In this document: one piece after another, positions 12,901 to 27,900 of the stretch
How positions within the stretch are numbered: the first letter of the stretch is position 1
Layout of the letters: the number at the start of each line of letters is the position of its first letter
Assembly (NCBI GenBank): GCA_030141605.1
Contig: JAQGDQ010000225.1
Coordinates: 1-64,000 of the forward strand
Source: Tubiluchus corallicola
Lineage: Eukaryota; Animalia; Priapulida
Direction of reading: 5' to 3'
DNA: 64,000 bases
Notes under the pieces: model-generated
Seen by the model: the letters and a program-made list of their open reading frames with translations, nothing else
Databases searched by the model: none
Told to the model about the DNA's origin: nothing
Made by a program: the position numbers and the translations under genes

Positions 12901-15900
12901 CATTTTTATCAATGCTTTTCTCCAAATTTGTTCTGAGATCCAACATGCAGTTTACACAAACTGAATTGGTTATGTGCTGTAGAAATTCATGCTATGATTA
13001 TGTTAGTCATTTGGGATTGAAAGGAGCTTATTTTCAGACCTCGTAATTTTTCACTAAATGAAACTATACACAGTTGCCTATGTGAAGATAAAGTGGTACA
13101 CTAAGTTACAAAAATTTGCAAGTTGCAGCAGTATAATTTTTAGCAAATATGGTTGGACATTTTCAAATGTCTCATTTTATGGAAGATTGTTTTTTTACTA
13201 AGTCATAGAAAGTTTCCCTGTAAAAATTAATCGTTTGGTAGTGATTTACTTGACTTAATGTATTTGAGGATTTTAAACAACATAATCAAGAGGTTATCTC
13301 ATTTTGATTGGACAAAACAGCCATGCATGTTGCTGCATGAATAGTGGATGCCTCTGTGCCATTGTGATGTTTGTGAAAAGCATAAGACAAAAAATTTCTA
13401 GCAAAAGTCTGGCTAATATCAATTCTATTGTCTATAAATACATTTATTTATAACCGAAATAACATTTTATCACTAATAATAAACTTTAAATTGTCTGCAC
13501 TCACTCCACACTTATTTTTTACCGTAGGAACAGAAGGAGAAAAAACTTTTCTGCATACAGTACTGTTTAGACTATAAAAAAAACAACCCACATAGACCTG
13601 AATACTTCTTAAAATGTTTGTCACGTTGATTTTTGTTCCTATGAAATCAAAAGTAGTTTTTACAACTTTGTGCTGGTATGCTGCTGTGCAATGTACTTCG
13701 AGAGACACTTGTATTTAAATGATTTTCGTACTTTTAACTATATTGAAATATTATACTTTTCTACAGTGGCGGCTCGCTTATGGGCTCTGTGGAACTGCAA
13801 CACTCCCATTTTCATTAGACATTATTGCTGACATTCAATATAATGTGTACTTTTATTTAATTCTGTCTTTATACTTGTACATACTTGTAAATCCTTGTAT
13901 GGAACTGGAACACGTGATGGAATTGTGCGCTTCACAGCTCCGGCAACATTGTGTTTGGCTCTTCTGTGTGCTCGGCCAAGTGCACTTGTCTGAGATAAGA
14001 TGTTGCACTCTAGAGAAAACACTGTTGCTCATGCAGTGTCGATTAAGGAGAAACTCATAAGCGTTTCATGCAAAGTAAAACAAGAAGAATGGATTTTGTC
14101 GAACTGTAACAATTTAGGCGTTAGTAAGTCAAAAATATTTTTTTATGTTTAGGATTTTGTCAAGTTTATGTATAAATTTTCTTTTTATATGTTTGTTTCA
14201 TTTTACACGACATTAAAACAATGGCTGATAAATTTTTTGAAGCAGCACCACCGCTAATGTTAGGTACGAGCGTACTATGTACTATGAGAAAGGTAGTATA
14301 TTTAAAATGGTTAAAGAAGAATATAAGTAGCAACAAGTAATTAAACCATAATCAGCAGCAGTAATCAGCAAGAACAAGCACACTCAACTCTCGTTTTAAA
14401 GGAAAACAGCATGATTTTTCATATCCTACCCCATTTTCAAGTTTGCAAAAAAGTATACATTCTAACGCATATAATAAAGCTAAAAAATTCGAAATAATTA
14501 AATAATAGATTAGAAACTTAATTAATGGCAGGAGAGCCCAGCCCAACTAGTGATGACATCACAAATGAACACAATTTTGCCATTTTGTTCTTGCAGGGTT
14601 TTACCTAATGGCTATATGTACTATACTGTAGAAGTGCCTGTTTTTTACGAGCGTACTCGACAAATTATTCAGTACAAATATGCCAAAGTTACAGCTGACC
14701 GATCAATGGAGTATGAAGAAGTTTATCATCAGATAACTTACTCGGAGTTTGGAAACAGGGGTTTCGAAATACCATCCAATATTGGTATGATGCATTATTA
14801 AGAGGCATGAAGCCTTATTCGATGAACTAGCCATTGCTAAAAATATATACAGTCCAAATGGGGAAAACATTTGCGTTATAGTGAGTTTGGCATTATAACA
14901 AATTGTTTTAAATTTTACCATAGTCGAAACACAAAACAGTCAGACAAGTGTACACAGGTTAGAGTCCTTACTAAAAAAGATTAATGAATCAAAAGAAAAT
15001 TATTTCATTAATCACATTTCTCACTCAAAATCAATCACATCTATCAAGGACATTTTAATTACATAAACGTGTCTTGTACTGAACTATATAATCTGTAGGC
15101 CTACTGCTCCACTAAATATGTATATGGTAAAAAGTTGAGTCATAACTAGAATTTCCTTAGACAATTTTTAGAAAGCAAACAAATATCGTGTTTCTTGTGA
15201 CAAGAAAGAACAACGTTTTTTCTTGTCTGTTGCTATTAAGACTGCTTGGTGCATTAATATCTGAGCTATTAATCCTTTAGTATTGGGATTTTATGATGTA
15301 CTGTACAGCTTATAAACAATCAAAATGTGATAACATGCATTATTTTACATGACACGTGACATGTAAGTGTGTGGTTAGTGTAAGCGACTCAGCAGAGGAT
15401 ATAATATCAGGGTCACTGGTGTGGCTGGTGGTATTCCCCACTGAATTTTATATTAATTTAGGGGGAGGCAGTATAACGGGTTATTTTTATTTGCATTTGA
15501 ATATAGCGGTTTTGTTCCTGACCATGTTACATGCGGTAAACAAGTTTGGTAGTATAACGAGGTTTTACTTTTTTGGTCCATTATGACAGTCGAGTTTTAG
15601 TTCATCCTTACTTGCATGTCATTTCATATTGAAATTACTGTACACTAATAACTGCTGTATCTAGGATGACCACCTTGTGAAAGTGCTTTTTCCTGACGCT
15701 TTCGTGATAGCTAGGGCAGGGGTGTAGAGGTGAGTCTTCTCGACTCACGATAGAAAGACATCGTGTTGAACGTTTTGTTGTCCAAAAATAATGCAAAAAA
15801 TTGAGCAATTATAGAGTTTTGCTACTGGTGCTTGGTACAATAAAAAGGAATGGCTGCTGTACCATATTGCAATTTGGTAATGAAACACATTAACTTGGCA

Positions 15901-18900
15901 GTTTATACCATGAATAAACAAAATATTTATGCCATGAAACTATATTTTGACGTGTTCAGACAGTTTTCACTGGTTTATTTGGTTGGTACATAATGCACCT
16001 ACACATTTAAAATTGGGTACACAACATGTTTAAAAATTACTCAGAATTGTTCTGAATCATCAGCACAGCTGTAACCATGTTTTACGACTCTCGATGTACA
16101 ACTGCTAAGTGCTTCAAGCCCGCTAAGAGCTGCATATTGCCGAAGAAGCCATTCAAGTTAAACACAAATGAAAATTATAAATTTACTAAAAAAAAGAAAA
16201 CATCGTAATTAGCACTTGTGTATTTATGCTGGAAATTTAGCTGGGTGACCTTTATTTAGATTTAACATTCTGCTTCCTCATATGTAGCCTAACTCTCTGA
16301 CATGTCTGGGAAAATCTGGACAGATGGTAACCCTAGCTGCATCCTCTTCATCAGCTGGAAGTTTATAACAAATTAACCTGTTAATCTCTAATTTATTGTT
16401 GTTGATATTGTAGTCATCAGTACCTTCATAAATTTGTCGAAAAACCAGATAGTTCATGCTATAATTAAACTTAATTGTATTTACCTTTCGCCTATCATGT
16501 GTTTAAATGATAAGAAAACACAATTAATAATAATTGTTTTTTGGTGAATCAATGACATTTTCCAGTCGGCATGAACATTTTATTTTTGAGAGTTTTCTTT
16601 TCCAGTTACATAAGTTTTTCAAACAGGTAAACGTAGTGCTAGGTAATGTAACATTGTATAACTACTTCAGAATTTCCTTTCTTCCATGTAGGCCTGACAA
16701 TGCTAATAAATTTCTTTTGAGTTGTCATACAAGCACCTTCCCAGCTGGTAGTTACAATCAGTGTGTTAACTTTTACAGGGGCTTCAGAGTAATATCATTC
16801 CACTTTTGTGTTTTAGATCGCTTAGATCAATATGATGGCATCATTTTACCGCCTAAGAGTGTATGGAAAGCTGTGAAAGTGAAAGTGAAAGCTGCATTTG
16901 GTAGTAAAATCAAAGAAAAACAAAAACACCCTAAGCTGGTTGGACTAATTTCTATGTTTCCTGTATGGAATACATTCCCATATTTGAATGATGATGATGG
17001 CAGCCATGTAAATATGGGTCATTATATGCAGATAGTTGAAGATGTTTCGTCCTGTGTCCAGCGTAGATACGAAGGCAACGTTTTCCGAGAAATAATGAAA
17101 GAAGTACCAACTTGAATTTTATTTTGGAGTTTTTTTATAGCACACTCGTATCTCGGTTTGCCAAACCTCGCTTTTATGAATATCAGAAGAATCACACAAA
17201 ATCTGGACCGTTAAAATATCCCTCATACTACGAACACAGTCCGTTGTTTCGCGAGCTGACCACTACTTGGCAGGCTGTCACTTTGTTTGTATATCTCTGT
17301 ATGTGTGCTTGCATACCAAAAACGTCCGTAAGTCGGCAAAGTTAAAACTGCGTTATGATGCTTCAAAAGAGAATGAACCAAAAATTTGGTCACATGTCAA
17401 TTTTTCGTATTTTATAAAAACCAGTGCTAAATATTTTGGACTTTTATAACAGTAAGTGTTAAAAAATACCAAGAATTTATTTTATAACTCTATACCCACT
17501 TCTCTGTCTAAAAATTAGTACTGATGGCTGCAATTGCGAAAAACTCCTATTTTCAATTTCATATTGTAGCTCGTGGAAGCAGTCGTTTTGCTTCGAGTTT
17601 TTTCTTTTGCAAAGCCCACATCTTCATCAGGAAGGACCATCTACTGGATGTAAGCATAACTTCAATGTGTTATTGCAAAGTCCATAGCAACCAACATTTG
17701 TGCGGTTGCTAAGTGTTTTGTAGAAACACGACGAAAAACAATGGCTAACTTTAACAGCGATTTTCTCGAGATCATGTTTTTCAGTGTGTTGCCTGTACCT
17801 CACCTTCAAAATGGATTATCTCAGGTTAGAAATGACATAAAGCAATGAGCTTGGTGTCAAAAATAATCTCCACGAAATGGAGATTCAGGATAGGTAGATA
17901 GCTGGAACAACTTAATTGCCGACTTATGGATGATTTTGTTATGCAAGCACACATATAAAAATATACAATCAGTTATGCTCAGCTATTTGAGTCAATTGCC
18001 AACAGACGTTTTTGAGACAATCAGGCGATTGATTCAGTATGACTGTGAGTTTAATACACGGCACCTACTGTATTAGCTTAGTATTTGTAAATACAGACAA
18101 TCGGCAAGTTCGTATCGACGTCTCTCCACTTTTGTCCGTCAAAACGAGATGCGAGTGCGTTTGGATAGTTAGTTCTTACAACGTGTATATATATGTTAAT
18201 TAATATTTTGCTTTGTTACCATGCTACAGCGAATTTAATGATTTGGTAATTTTCACTCATTATAGGCAGTGACATGCTACTTTTCTAACTTGATCAACAC
18301 TGTCAATGTTGATCATGTCCAAGAACCAAGTCAGCAACGTGGAGAGAGACTAGCATCTTTCTTGATAGTGGTCTATTTCGCAGAAGTCTTCAAAGCAAAC
18401 TTTAAGGTATGTTTTTTATTTTTTACACAGTCTGGTCAGTTCTTTTCTGTTGACGTTATTTTATTTCTCACATTTTATAAACAGTTTTGTGTTGCCTGTG
18501 CTACAACGTAATGTTTTCATTTTTATGATGTTTTTTTTATTCTCAAATACTAATTAAAGTGTCATGTGTGTCTTATGTTTTCCATGCAACTTTCAGAGGG
18601 AGGAAGTACTAAAGATTTTTACTGGGCTAAAGCTTTCTCCAGAATATGATAACCAGACTTGCAAAGGATTTAAAGAATTACGTCTGCAGTTAACTGATAA
18701 ACAATGGTATGGATAAATTTTGGCATGTTTGAAAATAAATATTTTGATTTGGGGGACGACTGTTATATTTCCTACAAGGGGATTTACACGTGAACGTTTT
18801 TCTTCTTTTGGTGAATGTACAAAACGTTTATGAAATGGCACCTACTTCCCTGCGCATGATGATAGGAACATTTGATAAATGACTGACATAATATTATTTG

Positions 18901-21900
18901 AATGTGTAGTTTTGCAAAAATTTATGCCCAAAGAATCATTGCAAGATCTTGAATCTAAACTTTTGTGTGTAAAAGTCAAGTTTTCCCCAATTTTAATTTA
19001 AAATTGGGCTAAATTTGACTTGTATGCATATAAATAAATAACCCTGTATTATTTTGACTTGATGTTTTAAAACCTTTTGGTTTCTTTCAATATGATAAAT
19101 TGATGATTTTCATAGCAAATTTCTTGTATGATATCAAAGAATTGTTACATGTTAAAATTGTCAGAATTAAAATTAGAATTTGTAATTCAATTATAATTTT
19201 TTCTTGTAATTCAATTTCACATGTGTTATTCTCCTGTGGCAATTTTTACTGTTTTAGCCAAATTTTTCAGTGATTGCAGTGAAATATAACCAGTAAATTC
19301 TTCACGGTTTTTGTTGCTGTTTGTACTCACACTATTTTTATTGACACACATTCATTAATACCACTTTGTGACTAAGTCACTACATACGCTACGTGCCAAT
19401 GAATTTGAAGCTCCCAGTTTGCAGCACTGTTGTTTGCAATTGTGTGCATTGTGTAAGATGAAAAAATGAAGAAATAGATTCAGCTTATTTGTGTCGAAAC
19501 TCTGCCTTTTAGTCAGCATGTAACACATGTATTTTGCTCTCAGTTAATTGAGTTACAGTTCAATCCCCCATTAATTCGATTAATTGCCTTTCATTAGTTT
19601 GGACTATAAAATTCTTGTTTTTACTCATCATATGTGACAATCAAGTGACTGATTCTATTAATTGTGAGTCTAATAGATCTTGTCCACTTAAATGATTTGT
19701 AATAAATATATGCAAAAACTTTTTCCCTTGCTTATTTTGAAGGATTGACGTGCGATATCGTCTGAATGCATTTTGTAATACCGTAATGTCTTCGGAAAAG
19801 GATTTCACTATGGCCTGGGTTTATGCTTTGCCGCTTCTTCATTTTATGCTTGGTGACAGCGAGCCTTTCAAGCGAAAAAAGGATTTCAGAGCTTCATTTA
19901 CTGACAGTGGCAAATATCTTAAAGCATACATGAACATGTGTGGAGCAGGCCAGCTGCACGTTAGCAAGTGTAGAGACAATCTTTCTGAAAAAAATAGGTA
20001 ATTATATTTCATTATTTCATTCGGGCTGCTTCTAGGCTGCTTTTTGGATTTCCACCCTTGACAGTCCTAGGTGCATTGCAACTGCTTATTGATCTACTTT
20101 TTCCACTGGCCCTCTTATCAAGTGAAATATCATAGAAAATTTATTTCCCAGTTGCCTGTAACTTACTAGTGATTTTTTCTAGGGAACATGAACCTCAATA
20201 ATGCAACCAAAATGACGGCTGGTGTTGATGACAACATGACACCTCTTCATTGCAATGACTTGCTACTAGCTTCTAGGAAAAAAACATCAACAGATGCATT
20301 TTATCTCTAACAAATTTACAGGAGTTGTTTTTTAAAACCTGTGTTCATTTTTCAACTTTGGGCAATATGTAAGAAAGACGCATTGCACTTACATTTTTTT
20401 GTAACATTGGTGTAGTTCATATTGTTTTTCATAGATTTTTATGCTCAGCCATTTTTGTCGCATGGACTTCAAGGTTTGCCTTTTTTGCACAGGTTCCATA
20501 GAAGCAGCTAAGATCTTAACTAAGCAACCCTTCAAAACAATTGTAAAAGCTCTTTATTATGGAAAATTTTTCCTAATTTTATATTTTGCAACTGTTCTTA
20601 ATGATCCCAGTGCTGTTAGAATCATTAGGTTGAAGTACTGTTCTACATATAAAGCTGTACTGCCAGATGCTGAAGCGTAATGTGTTTGATATTTCTTTTG
20701 GTAATTTGAGTAAAATTGTAGTGAAGATAACTTTAATAGTCAATCCATGATTGTTAACACTCATATTTTTGTAAATCTATTTTAAGTACGATTTTAAAAC
20801 AGATTCAATGCGAATTTTAAATCTATAGTTGCGCGCATTTATGCTCATGACAATGTGCATCTGGGTCTTCTTAAACTATGGTAAATTGGTTACTGGCTTC
20901 TTTCTTCCATTAATGACATTTAATATCGTCAGCCACAACTAACAATGAATTAAGTACAGTAGACTATGTATAACTTGAACACTTCGTGGCCAGAAATTTT
21001 GTTGGAGTTATACTAGGGTACGAGTTAGACAATGCTCATAAAAAACAAGATTGAGTCACTCATATACATTAGGCAATACATTGCAGCCCGTGAAAAAGAC
21101 AAACAGCCTTTCATCAAATATCAAACAACAGTTTCTATGAATAATCAAAAATAAAATGACTTGCCCACCTCTATTCTAGTCTGAGTAGCATGTTAATAGA
21201 ATTTGGCAATAACAAAATTGTGATATAGTTATTAAACATTGTTTGTTAAGCCATGTTGTATTCAGCTTTCTGCTAAGGTAATACAAGAAATCTTAGCATT
21301 TTTGCTGAAACTAGCAGTTAAAATCGTAATGTGGAATACACTGTTGCGTAGAATTTCTCCCTTGGTGGGCTGTTCGAGACAGACAGGGTAATTTCAGTTA
21401 GATTAGAACTTATATATTGTACCAAGAATTCGGTTTGAGTTACACGATAATTCGAGTTACAGATTTTGAGTTACGCAATATTTGGTAAAGCGGAAAATGA
21501 AAAGGAAAATCCATTCCACGAGATCTTTTCAAGATACGCAAAAATTCGAATTATAACGGGTCAAGTTTTACGTAGTTTATTTTTTTATATTTCTAGCATG
21601 TAAGTGCATCATCTATTTTTTTACAGTTTCCTGCTGAAGAAACTGAATGCAATACAAGATATGTTTGAAGTGGATTACTGCTTGATGAGTACTCTAGCAT
21701 TGTCCTTGAATGCTGAAAGTTGTATTCATTTTGTCCAAGCACACGAATTGTCTTTGTCCCCTTTATCAACTGCAGTTTTGGTTCATTCATTGCTAAGACG
21801 AGGTATTCATACGTCTCAAGAAACTGTAAGTATTTACTTTTTCAAAAACGTGAATCTACATTTAAGTACTGATTTCTGCATTAATACAACGTATAGCAAG

Positions 21901-24900
21901 TTTAACCAATGCGGAACTAATTACATTACTAATTTTTGTCCATTTCATTTTCTAACTACAGTAGGTGGCGCTTACTAGACTCAGTTTGGGATGAAAGTGT
22001 TTGACCCAGTTGACCGACAGCAAATATTGGCCCACATGTGTAGTACAAGTATGCGTCATAATTCTATGCTCTTATTTGCTCTATGATCTTTGCACTTCTA
22101 AAGTCGCAAAGAATACTGGCATATTACTGCCACTAATTTGGTGGCATAACGGCAACAGTTAACTCGAAGTTTTTCGAAGAGCAGCAAGAGCTTCAAAAGG
22201 AATACACTAGGCATGTGGTTAAAAGCTTAGCTTCCATTAATTCTTGGGCAACAAGGTCAATTGCAGTGGACGAGCAGCTGTCATATTCAAAGGAAAAATG
22301 ATAGGCTAATGTGTTAGCACATGATGAACAAAGCTATACTTAACATGATGACTGTCTCTGTTTATGTTATAGTGTGCAAAAGCATAGTAAAGATGACAAA
22401 AATAATAAAACTGATTGCACGCAAGTGTTTTATTCTAAGTACTGAAGCAAAAATATTAAGTCACTTATGCAGAGTTGTTTGAGTCAGTTGCCTACGGTTT
22501 TAATATATTTTTCAATTGGAGTAGCCTATAATAGATATTTTTGAGTCAATTATGTGACTAATTCCATTAACAGTGAACCTAGTATAAGCCTCCACTGTAC
22601 TTAAAATTTTTATTTTCACGGCAATAAGATTTGGCAAAATTCATGTGATTCTAAAATGTCTTTGAAACTAACTTGTGCTGATGTCAGGGTTCCTGTTTTC
22701 AGGAGTTTTGCCAAGCTCTTGAACAAATGAAGCATGTGCTGGGTCGATGGATTAAATTACGAGCAAAAGCTAAAAGGTACTAGTGTGTGGCTTACAGTAT
22801 CCTTTATGATCTCTTTGTTTTAAACAATAAATTTTAGTTTCATATAGCTTCTGAGTGAAATTTTAACAAACTAATCATCGTATTTAAAGAAGATGTCTAT
22901 GTAATGATTATGATATACGTCATTTTTTCTGTGGTTGTTTGAAGTCCTTTTGAGACATTCATTCTCATTTGTAGCAAGGTGTTTAATTTGTAAAGATTAA
23001 CACGTTAACTAGTAGACAACATAGACAAATGTGAACTATCAGATTTAACTAAAATTGGCCTAAAAAGCCAAAACCAAAAAGAAAATTTGATATAAATTTG
23101 GACAGCATACACTCATATCTTGGTATGCCGGACCTCGCTTTTCTTTATATCGGACAATATCAGAACCGTTTAAAGTCTCGCATACTATGGGCACTGTCCT
23201 TTACTTTGCAGGCTGACCGCTAGTTGGTGGGCCGACACTTTGATAACATCATTACATCAGTGTAACCAAGCAACATGTAACGATGGCATGTAATTATGTG
23301 GAGTTATTTGAGTCAATTGGCTGACCGTTTTATATACTTTTGCATGGAAGCATCATGTACTAGACGTTTTTGAGACAATGTATTAAAGGAAAAGGCAATG
23401 AAAAACAACTTTTGTTGCACCTTAATATACAGTTAAAAATATCAGTATTATCGTGCCCATAAAATGCCTTGTTGAAAATGCAAAAGAAATTTGTAATTAC
23501 TCTCCCACCAAACAAATTTTGCTGCTGATATATTTGAAGAAAAGGCATAAGCTGGAAGACAGAGTAAAGGCAGGCATAGCTAATCTTGCAGTTTATTCAG
23601 AAGTTTTACAAAAGGAACTGCTTAAATCTTTGTGTCTAAGTATGGATGTGTAAAAATCTAGCAATAAATTTGAAGTGTGTACTTGGCTTCGTGGGATTCA
23701 GGAATTTTTGTATTTGTGTGCTTCATTTGTGGTTACAATTTTTCATTTCATTTGTACAGAGTGGAATGTGATGTTGTGGATCTCTGCGACGCTGTTGATA
23801 TAATGCTTGCTGCAGCTCGCACAGACCAACCATACTTGAGAAACTTCACAAGAATGTGTTTGACAGTTGAACTATGTGGGAGAATCATCTCCTTGAGTGC
23901 AAGCCAATCAGGCACTATTGCTGGTGTTGAACAAGCTGAAAACAATAAAGATATGGCTGAACTAGAAACTGTTGTTTCACAATGGTTAAAGCAAAGATTG
24001 TACTTGTCAGCCAGAATTTCTGCATATGAGCTTAAGGTTGGCATTAATAGTTGTCAAACTACTATGTTGTAAGAATGCTAGTGTGATTGAATACCAGTAT
24101 ATTGATTTCTTTATAGTACAGAACGTAGCAATATGTTACGTTTTACAAGAATCTAGTGAAATTATGTTTGGTAATAATGATAACTATTTTTTAAAACTGT
24201 ATTTAACAGTTAAGATCTTGCATTTATATGACTGACTGGGTTTAGCGAACTGTACCTGTATAGCAATGATGTATAGCAAAATTATTATATGTTCCATACT
24301 TTAATCCACATGCTTAAACAAAGTGCCAGACTTGTATATCTTTGGTTTATCTCTGATGTTTAATGTCAACTTCAACAGGAAAGCTAGCACACTGCTTCTG
24401 AATTATTCCTATAGCAATGAAGTAATAACAACCGAGTAACTTACAAATAATAATATAAGTGAACTGTATTGAAGTTACATGTAATTCTACTCTGAAGGAA
24501 AAATTGTTCAATGAAAAATCTTTGCTAGATATCATCCTAAGTGCCATAGTGTGTCGTCTGTCGTACAAATAATAATAAATAAATAAACATTCCTCTCTAA
24601 ACAAATTTGTCCCAGTAATTAATCTGTTTGTCAACAGAATTTTTATGATTAAACAATATAATTTATGGCTTGTCAGTTCTGGTACCGTGAAGATAATTGA
24701 TTCTAAAATGTAAATTAACGTAATTAATTCAGTAAAATGAAAAAGCAAACCTGTTATGCAGCACAAGGCCATAATGACCTTTAATAATTCTGAACTAACT
24801 GCCTAACAGAAGTTTCATTCAGATACAGAAATTTAGTTTGAAATCTTAGAACTAGTCCTGCTGACATCAGCCTTTTTTGCTTATGTTGTTAATCATTTTA

Positions 24901-27900
24901 TTTTTACTCTTTCTGCTGTTTGTCTGTACCTTCTGAAATGTTACACCAGCACCTTTTGGAGTTTTTTTATATTTTTTATGGTTTCTTGATTTATTTTGCA
25001 GTTATGGGATCATCTTTTTTGTTTGGATTTTGGCAGTCGAGCTATGAATGCTTCTTGGCAAAAGTTTGTTCAGAATGAACTGACAAATCGAGTGGAGAAG
25101 GTAAATTAGTGCTGAAGTGCAGGAAGGTTTATGTATAACCTAAACAACTGGCATTAGTAAATTGTGTGGGTTTTCTGTATTCACCCATCACCAAGCCTCA
25201 ACAAATCTAGACGCCCTCGGCAGGTGTTTGTGACTGCACTGTATTAGTGATTCTGAAACGAATGCACTTTTGTTTGAGATTGTGGAAATCTTTAACTGTT
25301 ACCTGCTTATGGTTACAATAACTTAGAGCATGTATTTGGACCCCGCCTGTTGAATAGAGGTGCGCCGAATGCGCATTTTGATCAACCAAACCAAAGTCGA
25401 TTTTTTATGCTTGGGTGCCACCGAATCTTAAATGAATGACCGGCTGCGGTGCCAAACCAAATTCTGAATAAAATTTCGAGTTAAATTAAAATACCTGACC
25501 AAATATTTTACAGAAATTGAACTTAATTTTTCACATAGTTTGAATTGAAGAGAATTTTAAATTATTTAATGTTTTACCATTTTAAGTTAGTTGTAATTGG
25601 TGAGCTGTGTAAAATTGTTCTGATTACTAAATCTGTGTTTTTTAATGGCCAATGTCATGTAGTGAAATGTTAAGTATTTTAAAAGCAGCCCTAATTTTTT
25701 CAAAAGGTGTTTAAACTATTTTGTATAATCAATAAACACTATTTGCACTGCAATAGTATAATTGCTTAATAGCTCGAGTTCTCATTGATTTATTTCATCG
25801 TCTATAAGCGAATCATCACCACCACGCTATTGCAAATTACCGATGGTGCATTGCATTTTTGGGATATCATACAGAAACAGAAAGCAATATGTCGGCTGTT
25901 ATGCCGTGTACGCTGTTTACTATCAGCTTTATTCGGATAAATTTTTATAAATTTTTTATTTTCATTATAATTTTCATCTAATCTTATAATAATAATAAAG
26001 AAACTTCAGTATACCGAAGGTTCAAACCTTTAGTGATTATAACTGAAACTTGCCAAACCGGATTTTTATACTGATATTCTCAAAGAAAATTCCATGATCT
26101 GAACATTCCATGCATCCCTGCGATTAGGCATATCATCTGTGTTAATAAACTATGTCTTCAACCTCAGTCATAACTATCAATACATTAGGTGTGCCTTGCT
26201 GTTAAGTGCTGAATTCCAGCTTGCCAAACTGTTTCAGAAAACTTTGTGTAAAACAATTACTGCACTTTTTTAGATGCATTATGATGAAAAAATATATCTC
26301 TTTGGCGCGGAACAGTGGGAAACTAGACATCATCTTACACAAGCTACAATTACAGAAGCATTGTTCAAGTCACTGGACAGTATTACTAAGGTAGACTGAT
26401 TTATAGAATACAGAAAAAACTTTCTTTTTTCATTTATATGTTTTTGATCCATTTATATTCATTTTATTTTTCCATCGAGTCAACATGAAAAAAATCTCAG
26501 TCTGTGAAATTCTTATTTTTCAAAGCCATCTTGCCTGGCTCGTTACAGTTGTTCAGCTATAGTTAAACATATAAAGAGTGGTTAGTTTCTGAACGGTCAT
26601 GCAAAATCCTGGAAATGCCGTACATTAACTCGGGGGCGGGGGAAAGGACATTTTTAACAGTATCGAGAAGCACATTTAGCAAGAAGCAAGTTGGTGAGAA
26701 GATCTCTTATTCTAAAATTGTGAATTGATTGATATTGTATAATTTAATAGCAACTCATGTTGTTGGAAAAACCCTTTAAGTGCTATTCTCAGAATCCTTC
26801 AAGAATAGGTGCAAAATGTTATTGTGAAAATAAAATATACTTAGTTTAAAAGGTACTTTGTTACAAGGCTTGTGGCAAGAATTAGCTTGTTACAAGACTT
26901 GTGGCAAGAATTAGTTTTAACTATTAGAATGCAGTGGCTTTGTGCAACAACCTCTTACTATGGTAACCAGATTGTTTAGATATATAAAAACTACGTAGCT
27001 GTCATAAAAAATTATGGTGGTGGCTTGGCACAACTTATATGTAGCAAAAGAGACAGGGAACACAGAAACTTAATGGTGATTTTGGTTCTGGGTTGCATAA
27101 TTGCATGCTGTAGGAACATGTTTTTGTGTGTAATTTTTGCAAGGCTATTGGATTCTTTTTTCAGAATCCAAATGCTCTGGCGTCTGTGCAAAAGAAGGTT
27201 GATGAGAACAATCACCTTGCAGAAAAGTTTTACGAAAGACTTTCTGAGGTGTTCGTCAATGTGTGGCCATCCAGTGGAACCAACTACGACAAACTTCGCC
27301 ATGTTTTGGAGTGGCCAGTGTTTGCAACCTATGTTAATTGGAACTGTAAGTACAGTAAGTCATTCCAGCGTTCCAGCAAAATGCAGCATTAAATGAAACA
27401 TTGCAAAACGAAACATTGTTTTCAATGGAAAATAATGTGAAAGCATTGCAGGAGCAAAAATCAATAGTGCTTGGCTACTTAAAAGCATTGAGTTGCTTGC
27501 AGCAGGCAAGAAAACATGGCTACCTAAACGTCTTCAGTTATGTTGCAGGAGAAAAATCATTAACGTTTGAGTAATAAATTAAACACTGTATAGGGCTCAT
27601 TGCTTACAGTATTTGTTTAATTAAAAGGTTACAGTGTATTGAGTAACAATAATAAAATATTATTATATAATAATATATTAATAATATTAACAACAATAAT
27701 AATACATTATTCTAACTAAAATTTGTATTTGAAACCTAGCTTCCTCTCTTTCTACAGCCATTTTTTCCTCTTCCTCGTTTTCTTTCTTTTGTTTTTAATA
27801 GAAGAATCTTTCTATTGTTTTGATTTTTTCTTTTCTCAACCATCACTTTCTTGTGGCATTGAACCACGTCTGCTATGTCTTGTACTTTTGAGCTGCATTC

